A DNA stretch of 64,000 nucleotides from Catajapyx aquilonaris (Eukaryota). Both the position numbers and the translations under genes were made by a program. The stretch covers positions 62,001-126,000 of the forward strand of contig KZ538067.1 in assembly GCA_000934665.2 (NCBI GenBank). Direction: 5' to 3'. Of this stretch, positions 1 through 10,729 are shown in pieces (the stretch's first letter is position 1; each line of letters opens with the position of its first letter). A model generated the notes under the pieces. That model saw nothing but the letters and a program-made list of their open reading frames with translations. It was not told where the DNA came from and made no database searches.

Positions 1-347
1 AGTTACAGAAATGTTTACACATTGGCATTTTTAATAACATGGAAAGATATCAAAATAGCGTTTTTGCAGGAGTGACGGGAAATCCTTTGTGTGAGTTGCC
101 GTAGATACAATTGTTGAAACAATTTTTTATGTGCAGATTGGCATGATAAGAATGAGCTGCTACTTTGGAATAAATTTTTGCAACCTACAAACTGTGTGTT
201 GAATGTTGATCCAATCATGATGATCGATTTGGTGAATATACAGTGGAATACAGTTTTGATAAGTAACTTGAGATTGCGAAATTTAAAATCACTGAATGTT
301 GGAAGTTCTTGATACAGCTTTTGTGCGAAAATGCGTTGTACAGTATA

Positions 348-729
348 CAGGGTGATTCCGGTAACTTGGGAAAAAATCACAGGGTGGGTAGAGGCCCCAT
401 AGGCAAGTATTTTGAGCTGCGCCTGGTGGGTAGGCAACCCATCGTACTCGAAGCTTGCGTTCATCAGGCGTTCATCAGGCTTTGCACTTGACACCACTTG
501 ACACACGCAATTGTTTTCACCTTCGTCTCCTCCACACGCGACACACCTGATGAACGCAAGCTTCGAGTACGATGGGTGGCCTACCCACCAGGTGCAACAG
601 ACCAAAGGTGGAAACGGCCGCAGCCCCGTACGGGGACATTTCCGGACATGGGTACCTAAGCTCAAAATACTTGCCTATGGGGCCTCTACCCACCCTGTGA
701 TTTTTGCCAGAGTTACCTGAATCACCCTG
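348..729. mobile_element. Tc1/mariner-type fold-back MITE (CAGGGTG termini)
   Basis: TA|CAGGGTGATTC...GAATCACCCTG|TA; ~70-bp terminal inverted arms plus a further internal inverted segment; no transposase ORF. Confidence 0.85.
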
Positions 730-2024
730 TATATACAGTTTAATTATCTACAATGCAATGGGGTGAATGGAAACATGGTTTACAAAAATCAAGTTTTTCG
801 AGGTTTTAATACCATTTTATTAAAAATTATTGAACTTAGATAAGCATTGCTAGTAAGATTATTAATTGAAATTTATTAAGTGAAATATCTTGGAAGATGG
901 TGTAACCTTCTACGAACAACTTTTTGCATCAGATGATGTAGAAGAGGATATGGTTGAGATAGAGTAGGTTACTAACATATCCCTTCGGCATTATCTGATG
1001 AAAAAAGTAGAAGGTGACAATCATGACTGTGCTCATGTTATCAAGAAATAACTGATGAATAAATGTATTTAGAATTATTGTAATCATATTCAGGCATAAT
1101 AAAGGAACTAAAATTAATTTAGGAGACATTATTTCCTCGCAGTTCCTCATTTTAGTGTTTTAAAAATTAACATAAAATTTCTGCAAGCCAGAAGTTGCTA
1201 AGTCCAAGACGGAAATAAATTTTTTCTCCTGCAGTGTAGGCACTGGATATTCCATATTTACATTACATTAACTTACAATCGTAGTGATATCACATAAAAA
1301 TTACCGAGACTGTAATGTCAAAGAAAGGTCCATGTCAAACATTATGTGAAACTTTCAAACTGCTCTCCTGAAAAATGGCAAAAATGGACTTAACAACTTC
1401 TGGTTCTCACTGCTTCAATTTGAAGTGGGAAACCTATTTGCTTTGTTTCTATACCCATTCTAGGCTAGACCAATATCTACAAGAGTGGGTAGGACATTAT
1501 GAAAATGTAATTTTGAATAACACTATACCAAACGTAATAATTTGCAACTATTTTTGGCCACCAAACATTTCTTGAGCTAGAAGACACTAATTAGTTCCTC
1601 AGAAGAGGAATGCGATTGTTTCTAGTCCTCCTTTTTTAGGGGCATATTGACAGTAGATAATAAAGTGGGTGTTCATCTTTCTGTGACCTTCGCTGGACAT
1701 GATACACCAATAAGTTATGATTATATGATGGATGTAGGGCTATTCGTAAGATGGAAGTTGAAGGTGCCGTGTCAAAACTGAAACTGGATAAATCCCTTCA
1801 TATTGCTGGTATTTCTTTAGAATAATGGTGATTTGTGATGGCGATGCTGTGTTAAATATTTTGGCAAATGTGCATGATTTCTTGTGATAATGGTGTAGTG
1901 GTAGTACCAAGAGCTAGGTAGTACTTAGTGATTTGAGATAAATTATGTTGTAGGCCTAATTTATTGTGCCAGTGAAAGGAGATGTCTGTGATTTTAGGAA
2001 TCCATGTAGAAATCTGTCTATTAT

Positions 2025-2234
2025 ATGTAGTCATAGCTACCCTAAACAAGTGAACTCTGCTGGTTGCCCCAGATTCACAGTGTTTACTTGATTGTTGTAG
2101 GGGAGATTTTTTATAGGAAGGGTGCTACCGTTTTACTCTCCAGAATATCGCCAAACCTAATGGCAGGTAAGTCGTAATCATATTGTGGGTAACGTTTCTG
2201 GTACTCTCCTGTGATGCTGGAGGACACTTGCACG
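2025..2234. repeat. Dispersed ~200-bp direct repeat, copy 1 (copy 2 at ~4463-4676)
   Basis: Shared colinear blocks GAACTCT.CTGGT..CCCAGATTCA, GGGTGCT, CAGAA.ATCGCCAAAC.TAATGGCAGGTAAGT. Confidence 0.7.
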
Positions 2235-2329
2235 TTGTTTTTTTTAAATATGAGGGAGAGAAAATCTGGCAATGGTTGGTGGTATGGGTGTGACTAATTT
2301 ATTGCATGTACTATATTTATTTTAATTTA

Positions 2330-2560
2330 ATTTTATATACTTTATACTTATATACTTTATATACTTTATACTTTATACTATATACTTTATATACTTTATA
2401 CTTATATACTTTATATACTTTATACTTATATACTATATACTTTATATACTTTATACTTATATACTTTATATACTTTATACTTATATACTATATACTTTAT
2501 ATACTTTATATTTTATATACTTTATATACTTTATATACTTTTTATTTTATATACTTTATT
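2330..2560. repeat. AT-rich simple tandem repeat (TATACTT/TATACTTTA)n
   Basis: Directly visible 7-9 bp unit repeats. Confidence 0.95.
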
Positions 2561-3523
2561 GCATAATTAATGTATTGGCAGTTTCATGTTTAAAGAGAGA
2601 TCCCACTCACTGCCTTATCTTAATGCCACGATGCCACTCACTCTATAGATGGACAATCCAACATGGTAATTGCCTAGTATAGGTTGGACTAGGATGAGAC
2701 TATGGCTGCTCAGAGACCTAGTCCTACTGTGTAAACAAGATACCGACATTGTTAAGAGGCTCTATAATGAGATATGTCATAGCCCGAAATGAAGGGGCAT
2801 TCAGTGGGTGGTTTTGGTGGGTTTACTGGTTTTCAGTCTGGTTTAAATGAGGGGGAATGAGAGGTCTTGTGCTGGATTAGGTATAGTTATTACACCAAAT
2901 CTGGTGCATTGTGTGATATACACATAAGTAATTGTATTGTATTGCTGGTTGCCTGGTTGCCATTAATAACTGTCAACCAACAATGCAGTACAACTACCTA
3001 TGTGTCCATACTTAATTAGGTCTTAGGGTCACCCTGTAGTTTCAACATATAAGCTGATATAAGTAAGAGGGTTTTGTGTGTCCATATAATAAATTATGAA
3101 GGTGATGGTTATGAATAGGTTTGTGATAGCTGTGTGTGCACCTGTTGACTCATACTTGGGTTAGGATAAGGGAAAGTTCTGGGATAGTAAGAGTTCTGTG
3201 TTGTGTGGATATTTCCATGGTGATTATACAGTAAATTCTTGCAAATTATTTTAACTCGTGCGTTGATTTGTCTTGCCCTGGGTATGAGAGGGTCCTGGTA
3301 ATGCTAGGGTGATTGGAAATGGTGTTAGTTTGTTGGAGTTGTGCATGGAGAAGGGTCTTTTTTGCATCTAATGGTTATATTTTTCTCATTAGACTGTTTA
3401 GAGGAGTCATCAGTATATACTGCAGAATAGAATATTGACTTTGTAGTGGTCGGATAGTAGGATAGGGTAAAAGTAGTAGTCACCAGGGTGGTTTTAGAGG
3501 TGTAGATGATGGTTCAAACAATT

Positions 3524-3772
3524 GAAGACGTCACTTGCCAAAGGCCTCAAGTCCCAAAATTTCGAAAAGCCGTTTTATTGCGGATTCCTACTCTTGGAGT
3601 CGGGCCTCACTGCCCTGGTGAAGATGAAGGGCCCAAGTTAACCAGAACTGCCTTAAAATTGAATCATAAACTGCAAAACTCCATCTGGAGCAATGAAGCA
3701 TACATGCAGTTTTTTCTCTCTCCTGAAAACTTTCACCTTGTGGAGTTGGGCCCTTTGGCAAGTGACGTCTTC
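3524..3772. mobile_element. MITE with GAAG...CTTC termini and AATT TSD (Sola-like)
   Basis: AATT|GAAGACGTCACTTGCCAAAGG...CCTTTGGCAAGTGACGTCTTC|AATT; 249 bp. Confidence 0.8.
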
Positions 3773-4462
3773 AATTACTTGGTTGTCTCGCTGTTTTGTA
3801 TATGGGTGTTGGGTGGTGCATGCGCTTAACAAAAGCTAGATGGAGCTGAAAAGATTTGGACAGAGAACTTTCTTGTTTTAACATAGAATATCAACAACCA
3901 ATGATACTATTAGAGCATGGTGTAATACGTAGGGATTGGGTGGGATTTCATTTTGGTGATGAGGTTGTTATGTCATCTGCTGCATGCAGATGATTCTGCC
4001 ATTTGGCAGAGTATGAGGTTGATTTACACTCCATCTGGCCCAGGTTAGGTAATATTTGTGAGAAGATGGGCATAAGAATTTAATTTGAAAAAGCAAAGAT
4101 TGTGTTCTTTGAGAGAAAGAGCAGGTTTCTCCTCGTACATTGCAGGCGCGAGAAAAATGGGGTGAGCAAGTAAACAAGTTAGTGTAATTTGGTATTATTC
4201 TTGAAAGAATATATTGGTAGAATAGATGGAGAAAGAAATAGGTGTGAGCCTTAGTTTTAGTTTGAAAGTAATTGGTACCACCATCAGGTATTAATAATAA
4301 CTTACATTGACTCCTGATCCCAGTAATAGGTTTTCTAAGAACAATGAGTTATTTACTGCCTGTAGATTAAGCATATGTACCAGGAGCAGTAGAAATATGC
4401 CATATTACTCTTGCCTGTACAGTGTCACATGGCTTACTGTAGTTGTTAGGGCCTACTGCATC

Positions 4463-4676
4463 TATGTAGGCAGCTAGAGCTATAAACAAAGGAACTCTAC
4501 TGGTCACCCCAGATTCATGTTGTTTAGCCTACTTGTATTGTTGGGAATCTTCTAAACAGGGAGGGTGCTGACATTTTTACTCGTCAGAACATCGCCAAAC
4601 ATAATGGCAGGTAAGTTGTATTCATATTAGGGGTCACGTTTTGGTGCTCTACTATGATGCTGTAGATGCTGGCACG
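4463..4676. repeat. Dispersed ~200-bp direct repeat, copy 2
   Basis: Colinear similarity to 2025-2234. Confidence 0.7.
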
Positions 4677-4917
4677 GTGGATAAGGTGTGGAGGTCTACA
4701 CTCTACTAAGGTAGTTTGTTCATGTAGAGAGAATGAAGGAGGAGGAGATTGTGAAGAAGGTTTACACTGGTGCAGTTATTGATAAGAAAGTTAGGGTAGG
4801 CCCATGATGATAGTGGATGGACCTGGTGAGTGACTATCTTCATTGTAAAGGTGTACCGGTATAACATTAAAAAAAAAACACATTCAAGATGTGACATGTC
4901 AGATGCCTTCCCATTAA

Positions 4918-5100
4918 AGGCCCATTCACACAGGCCGTCGACGGTTTTGGTTTTTGGTCGCGTTGACGCCGCGGACCAATCATAACCCATGTAAACAAGC
5001 TCTAAACAATGGGTTGTGCTTGTTTACATGAGTCATGATTGGTCCGCGGCGTCAACGCGACCAAAAACCAAAACCGTCGACGGCCTGTGTGAATGGGCCT
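4918..5100. mobile_element. Palindromic PIF/Harbinger-like MITE
   Basis: Near-perfect ~80-bp inverted arms AGGCCCATTCACACAGG...CCTGTGTGAATGGGCCT flanked by TAA/TTA. Confidence 0.8.
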
Positions 5101-6327
5101 TTATGGTCATGCATGCTATAGTAACATGACATCTGGTGATAGGTTATTGTTATTACATGTCATTTTGGTTTACCCAGGGTTTACCCAGTTGTTTGTTTTA
5201 ATGTTCTCTGAATGGTTTGATTGCAATGCATGAGTGTCATTTTTAGTTAATTGGGATTAACTTGCATTTCCTTCTTCAATGCTGCTATGACTCCTTATTA
5301 GAGGGAAGTGTAATTGTTGCAACATAACCTAATCTACTTTAATTACCTTGTACCGTACTGGCTAACTGGCAATAAGTTATGTATCCTACTATGGGGCTCA
5401 AATTGTTATGGCCACTTTATCCTGATCTTGAAGTAACCCTTCGCACAGGCCCCACGTTGAGCAGGTGTGTGAGTGTGAAGGGTTGCTTCAAGACCAGGAT
5501 AAAGTGGCCAAAACAATTTGAGCTCCATAGTACTTGTAGAATATACAATACAGTCATGAAATAATAGTATCGCTCGGTAAAGCCCCTCTCGCCTTCGTTG
5601 GCCTACCAGCTATCTACTACATTATAAGTTACCTAAAGTGACACTTACAAAGTTAGGCCTACAGTATACTGTACATGATTTTTAGCCTGAAATGTCTTAT
5701 GATTCACTCGTCAGCATCAGAAATAGGTCCGAATAGGTCCCTGATTCCTTTGATTCTTAGTAAATTCACGAAAGATGCGGAAATTGCTCCATCTTCAACT
5801 AGGCAATTACCCCCATGGCAATAACTGAGGGCGATAAGAAGTTTGGCAAGACGCGACGTTGTCATAATTATAACTTAGTAAATGTCCTGCATTTGACAGC
5901 AGGTAGGCCTACCTCAGAATTTATTATAAGAAAGGCATGACGAACAACTAGTCTGCCTCATATCGTCCGCTTTTATCGCCTTGGGTGGTCTGAAGTGAGT
6001 GTAATTCAGAAAATGAGGTGGCTGGAATCTGCTTTTAAAGTTTAAACTGAAGGCGGAAAAAATCGGTAAGTACCTGCTGGGAACTTGAGTATGCAGCGGC
6101 ATAAGAAGTAATAATTGAGGCACTTCGGACCAGAATATCTGTGGAGCATGAAATATCCCTACTTCGTTTTCTGTTAAAAGACAGATCTCAACCTCCTCCT
6201 TATCTAATAAACGCCACCCCCCCCATATTACATCTTTGAGAGTGTTAAAATACACATATACTTCACAGGCTCAAATAAAAGAGGTAAAATTGGTACAAGC
6301 AAGCATCCAGCCGGTGACTTCGTGAAA

Positions 6328-8529
6328 ATGGAGGTGATAAAAGGATTACAGAGTAATCTGGGCAAATCATTCAATACGGATGTAAAAAACAAGCTGAGGA
6401 ACACAACAGTTCAGCCTCATGTGAAAGATATGAAGATTGTGAATCACAAGGTAGAGTTTCATATGAAGAACACAGAGACGACTGTGCTGACTAATGGCGT
6501 AAATAAAAGTCCAGTCAATGTACCGATTAATGGTGTGAGGAAGCTGGTGGCACAGCACGTAAATAAGGCTTTGAAAAGGAACACCCCAAAGGTAGAGAGT
6601 CAAGAGAAAACTGAAGAAGAAGTACTGACGGAGAAAAGAGAGAAGGCCTTGAGAGATTACCTTATAGGGCTAAGTTTAAGTGAGCCACAGGAAGAGATGC
6701 GCAAAGGCGCAGGGAAAAAACCGCCACTGCATGAGATGCGCAAAGACGCACGGAAAAAACCATCACGTAAGGATGTCTCGACAAAGGTGAAAGGCGAACG
6801 TCAGGAAACCTTCACGTTTAAGGTTAGAAAGAGTGACAGAGCATACGTGAAGTGTGAAATGCAAGGCGAGACATTCTGGAAGCAAAAATCACTCTTGATT
6901 CAAGGGAAGAAATTGGATCCGCCAAGCTGGAATCACCGGAGAGTATTGCAACTGTCAGGATATCAACCGTACGGGTGTCATTATTCAAGCTGGATGCGAG
7001 AGCGCAAAAAAGCAATGATGGAAAGTCAGAACCCCTCTAACCAACCGAGTGGATCAATCACTAGTCAACCGAGCCAATTTCAGGCATCGACCTCCAAAAA
7101 ACCAAGCGGATATAAACGATCAATCTCGAACCAACCGAGCGATTGGCGGAGTCTAATCTCGAATAAACCGAGCACGCAAGAATCAACCTCAAAAAAATCG
7201 AGCACACAGGGATCAACCTCAAAAAAACCGAGCACACAGGGATCAACCTCAAAAAAACCGAGCACGCAGGGATCAACCTCAAAAAAACCGAGCACGCAGG
7301 GATCAACATCAAAGAAACCTGGAGGATTGCAGGGATCAACCTCAAAGAAACCTGGAGGATTGCAGGGATCAACCTCAAAGAAACCTGGAGGATTGCAGGG
7401 ATCAACCTCAAAGAAACCTGGAGGATTGCAGGGATCAACCTCAAAGAAACCTGGAGGATTGCAGGGATCAACCTCAAAGAAACTTGGAGGATTGAAGGGA
7501 TTAACCTCAAAGAAACTTGGAGGATTGCAGGGATCAACCTCAAAGAAACTTGGAGGACTGCAGGGACCCCAAAGAACCCCAACCCCAGCCCCAAAGAAAC
7601 TTGGAGGACTTCAGGGACCCCAAAGAACCCCAGCCCCAGCCCCAAAGAAACTTGGAGGACTGCAGGGACCACAAAAAACCGCAGCCCCATCCCCAAAGAA
7701 ACTTGGAGGACTGCAGGGACCCCAAAGAACCCCAACCCCAGCCCCAAAGAAATCTAGCGAACTGCAGGGATCACACTCGAATAAACAGAGCGGATACCTG
7801 AGAGTCATCTCGCATCAACCTACAGGATTGTTGGTAACAGTCCCGACTAAACCGAGAGAACTGCCGGGATCATCCTCGAAGAAATCCAGAGGAATGCTAC
7901 GAGTCATCTCGAGTAAACATAGCAGATTGATGGCATCATCATCTAAGAAACCGATGGGAGCGCAGGGATCATCCTTTAAGAAACCGAGGGGATTGCTGAA
8001 AGTCACCCCGAATAAACACAGCGGATTGCTGGCATCTTCCGCGAAAAAACCGAGCGGATTGCTGAGAATCATCTCAAGTAAACATAGCGGATTGCTGGCA
8101 TCATCCTCGAAGAAACAGAGCGGATTCCAGGGATCAAACTCCAAGAAACCAAGCGGTTTGCTGGAATCACGAATGAAGTCAAGGGGAGTGTTTGGCAATA
8201 TGAGTACGCGTAGCACTGGATTTGATGTCTCAAAAAGCGTGCACAAAGACAAGAGTGTGCAGACCGAGAACAGAATGAAGTTTGGTATGGGAGCCCAGTG
8301 CCAAATACCCCCAAAGACTGAAAAGATAATCGAGAAAGATGGCCACAAGTATCTAGTTAAAGGAGTGATTGGGGTTACAGACGGAAAGAATGTGCTTAAA
8401 CTGGTTAGGATCAAGGAACAACAGTGCAAGTTTCCATCGAAACTGAAGCGTAATGCTAAGACCAACTATTTGGATATGTGTCTATATTACCTCAAGAGGG
8501 AAGGGGAGGTTGCTAGGGCTAAGCGACAG
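6328..8529 (+). CDS. Basic repeat-rich HMG-box protein, coding exon 1 (Lys/Ser/Pro-rich tandem repeats)
   Basis: 2202-nt open frame from aaaATGg; upstream acceptor ttcacag|6269 and donor 6065|gtaagt suggest a 5'UTR exon; phase-0 donor CAG|gtacag at 8529 joins in frame to 8611. Confidence 0.75.
7030..8165 (+). repeat. Coding minisatellite: 30-bp (PSTQGSTSKK), 33-bp (PGGLQGSTSKK), 51-bp (LGGLQGPQRTPTPAPKK) and degenerate 33-bp units
   Basis: All unit lengths are multiples of 3; visible in DNA and protein. Confidence 0.9.
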
Positions 8530-8610
8530 GTACAGTGTCCAACTTTTCTCTAGTTTCTGTGATCACCTCGTAATATCGTACCCCTGTATCATTTTCAAAT
8601 ATGCTTACAG

Positions 8611-8826
8611 GCGGCGAATAGGCCTCCTTCTGAGGAGGTTTGCCGCGCAGCTTGGCGCAGTACGCCCCAGAAGCCTGTAGGGTTTACCCCCATTATGCCT
8701 CAGGAGGATTATCCTTGGTTGCGCCAGCCGACACCCAACCACGAGATTCCAGCGGAACAAATGAAGCCCGTTGACTTAAAGGGTCCAGTAACGGCTTTCC
8801 ATGTGTTCTGTTACAATCTTCGTAAG
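8611..8826 (+). CDS. HMG-box protein coding exon 2 (ends with HMG helix 1: DLKGPVTAFHVFCYNLRK)
   Basis: cttacag|GCG...AAG|gtaag; 216 nt, phase 0/0, no stops. Confidence 0.8.
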
Positions 8827-9847
8827 GTAAGCGTCCATTTTACTATTTTTTTTGCATTATTATTATTATTAATTGAAACCTGCCACAACGCTTTAATAAA
8901 ATAGTCACTTTGGTTGTAAGTCCAGAGGTGCACCTCGCTCGAACCCCCTGGAGGTGCGGGCACCCCAGGTTAAGAACCGCTGACCTAAAGGATCCTACTT
9001 AATTCAGTTAAAATCACGCAGGTGAAATCTGCATACTTCTGCCATAAATGACCGAAAAAAACTGAATTAATTTCACATGTATGACCTTCAAAGCCCTTTT
9101 TCTGAAAACTGTTCTCATGTGGGTTGACGCATTATTGCATAACACCGGCCAATGGGGAAGTAGCCTTCATTTTGGAAACTACATAATAAATTCGCCCATA
9201 TTTCTTGGATTTTTTTGGCATATTCCGTTTTAAGATATCAGTTTCAGTTCCGGAGTAATTGGGGTTTTTATGTAGGGAAATGGTGACGTCACTGTTTCCC
9301 TAGAAAATGTTGACGTCACGCGAAGTGAAATGAACGCAAAAATGGTGTTATAGAACGCGCCCCGTCATTGTCGTAAAATGCTTCGCTGTTGTTAGCAACC
9401 GTCCCATTCCGTGAGCAAGATAGCGGCCGGGGCGCGTATTTATTCCAGGCCGCTCAAGTCGCTTTGTACGTGGCAGTGATGCCACCAGCTCGGAAATATA
9501 TGTCTCCCGAATTAGGCACATAAAGGCCCCCCTTCTCCACCTCGATGGCCTACAGCCGCCTTGCGAATGCTTTCCGTCGTGTCCGCGGTTAATTCAAAGT
9601 CAAATTCCTCATATCTCGCAGTCAACCAGGCATTTCAGAGTACCCTTTCGATTGGCACCACTCTGTTGCGCCTTTTTTCCCGCCAATTTTGAAGGCACTT
9701 TTAAATGTGCCGTAATTTATCCAGTAATGTCATTTTGATGCAACAGAGTGATGGAATGTATGTTTACAGGCATGGGCTAGCTAGTTATGAACAAAAACCC
9801 CAAATCCCAGACCAAGGCTACTTCCCCATTATAAAATGCAGTAGGTA

Positions 9848-10450
9848 CCCGTTTTACACCGCTCCATTTTACGCTGTTTTACGTTAACGCCGCGCCGGTT
9901 TGAAATGACATTTATAAAAATTTTAACTTGGAAAATTGTGAAAAAATGACGATAACAACACAATCTGAACATAAGCACAACACTTCAACACTTTTAAGTC
10001 CAAATGCACGACCATACAATAACGCTATTTTTTGTCTTTCGTGGTGCCTTGTGGCGGGTTCTATCGATAAATACAGTATACCGTATTGTCCCCCAAAAAG
10101 GGCTCTGCCCTCGCAAGGGGTAACGTAAATAAAAACAGTATACCGTTTTGTTGGTCTCATCGGAACCCTCCGAAGTCTGTTAAATACCCTACGTCTACTG
10201 CTGTTCTTTCCAAAAGAAGGGAAAAGAGGCCTCAGAACCAGATGACCCTTAACCTGGAACATCCCATTAAACGTGCATTATACATGTTTAAAATAGTCGG
10301 CATTAAAAACTGCAATTTAAGCACTGTATCCTGGAAATTTTTGGAAATCTTGGAACCTATCTCATTTACTTCCATTATAATTTTGTCTCGTTTTACGCCT
10401 TTTCATTTTATGCCACATTTTGCTGGAACCAATTACCGGCGTAAAACGGG
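9848..10450. mobile_element. Non-autonomous DNA transposon, CCCG...CGGG termini, TA TSD (EnSpm-like or Tc1-like)
   Basis: TA|CCCGTTTTACACCG...CGGCGTAAAACGGG|TA, inside intron 2 of the HMG gene. Confidence 0.65.
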
Positions 10451-10570
10451 TACTACCTGTATCCTTATCCTCCTCGCAACCAAAGCAACTCTTCTTACCC
10501 TTATATCATTATATCCTAATATTATATATTATAATATTTTGTAATTATATCATTTCTTGCTTCTCAATAG

Positions 10571-10720
10571 ACATTCAGGGAGAAAAACCCTGAGACATTT
10601 TCTGAGCAGGGGGTCGCCAAAACCGTTGCAAATCTCTGGTACGGGATGACAAATCACTCCAGGAATTTCTACAGACCGAACAAACAACAAAGTATAGAGG
10701 AGTACCAAGGTAAAATCTAA
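10571..10720 (+). CDS. HMG-box protein coding exon 3 (HMG helices 2-3)
   Basis: ttcttgcttctcaatag|ACA; translates TFREKNPETFSEQGVAKTVANLWYGMTNHSRNFYRPNKQQSIEEYQ, completing an HMG box in phase with exon 2; ends at TAA 10718-10720 or splices at 10709|gtaaaa. Confidence 0.75.
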   Translation, partial: TFREKNPETFSEQGVAKTVANLWYGMTNHSRNFYRPNKQQSIEEYQGKI

Positions 10721-10729
10721 AAAGCCCTT

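Noticed and set aside
15..665. 216-aa - strand ORF
   Set aside because: Runs through a palindromic MITE; non-ATG start; no recognisable domain.
2306..2566. Tyr/Leu/Ile-rich ORF (also ORFs at 18761-19064, 51055-51282, 61722-62215)
   Set aside because: Translations of microsatellites.
7061..8465. Antisense and alternate-frame ORFs over the repeat exon
   Set aside because: Shadow ORFs created by stop-poor tandem repeats of the + strand gene.
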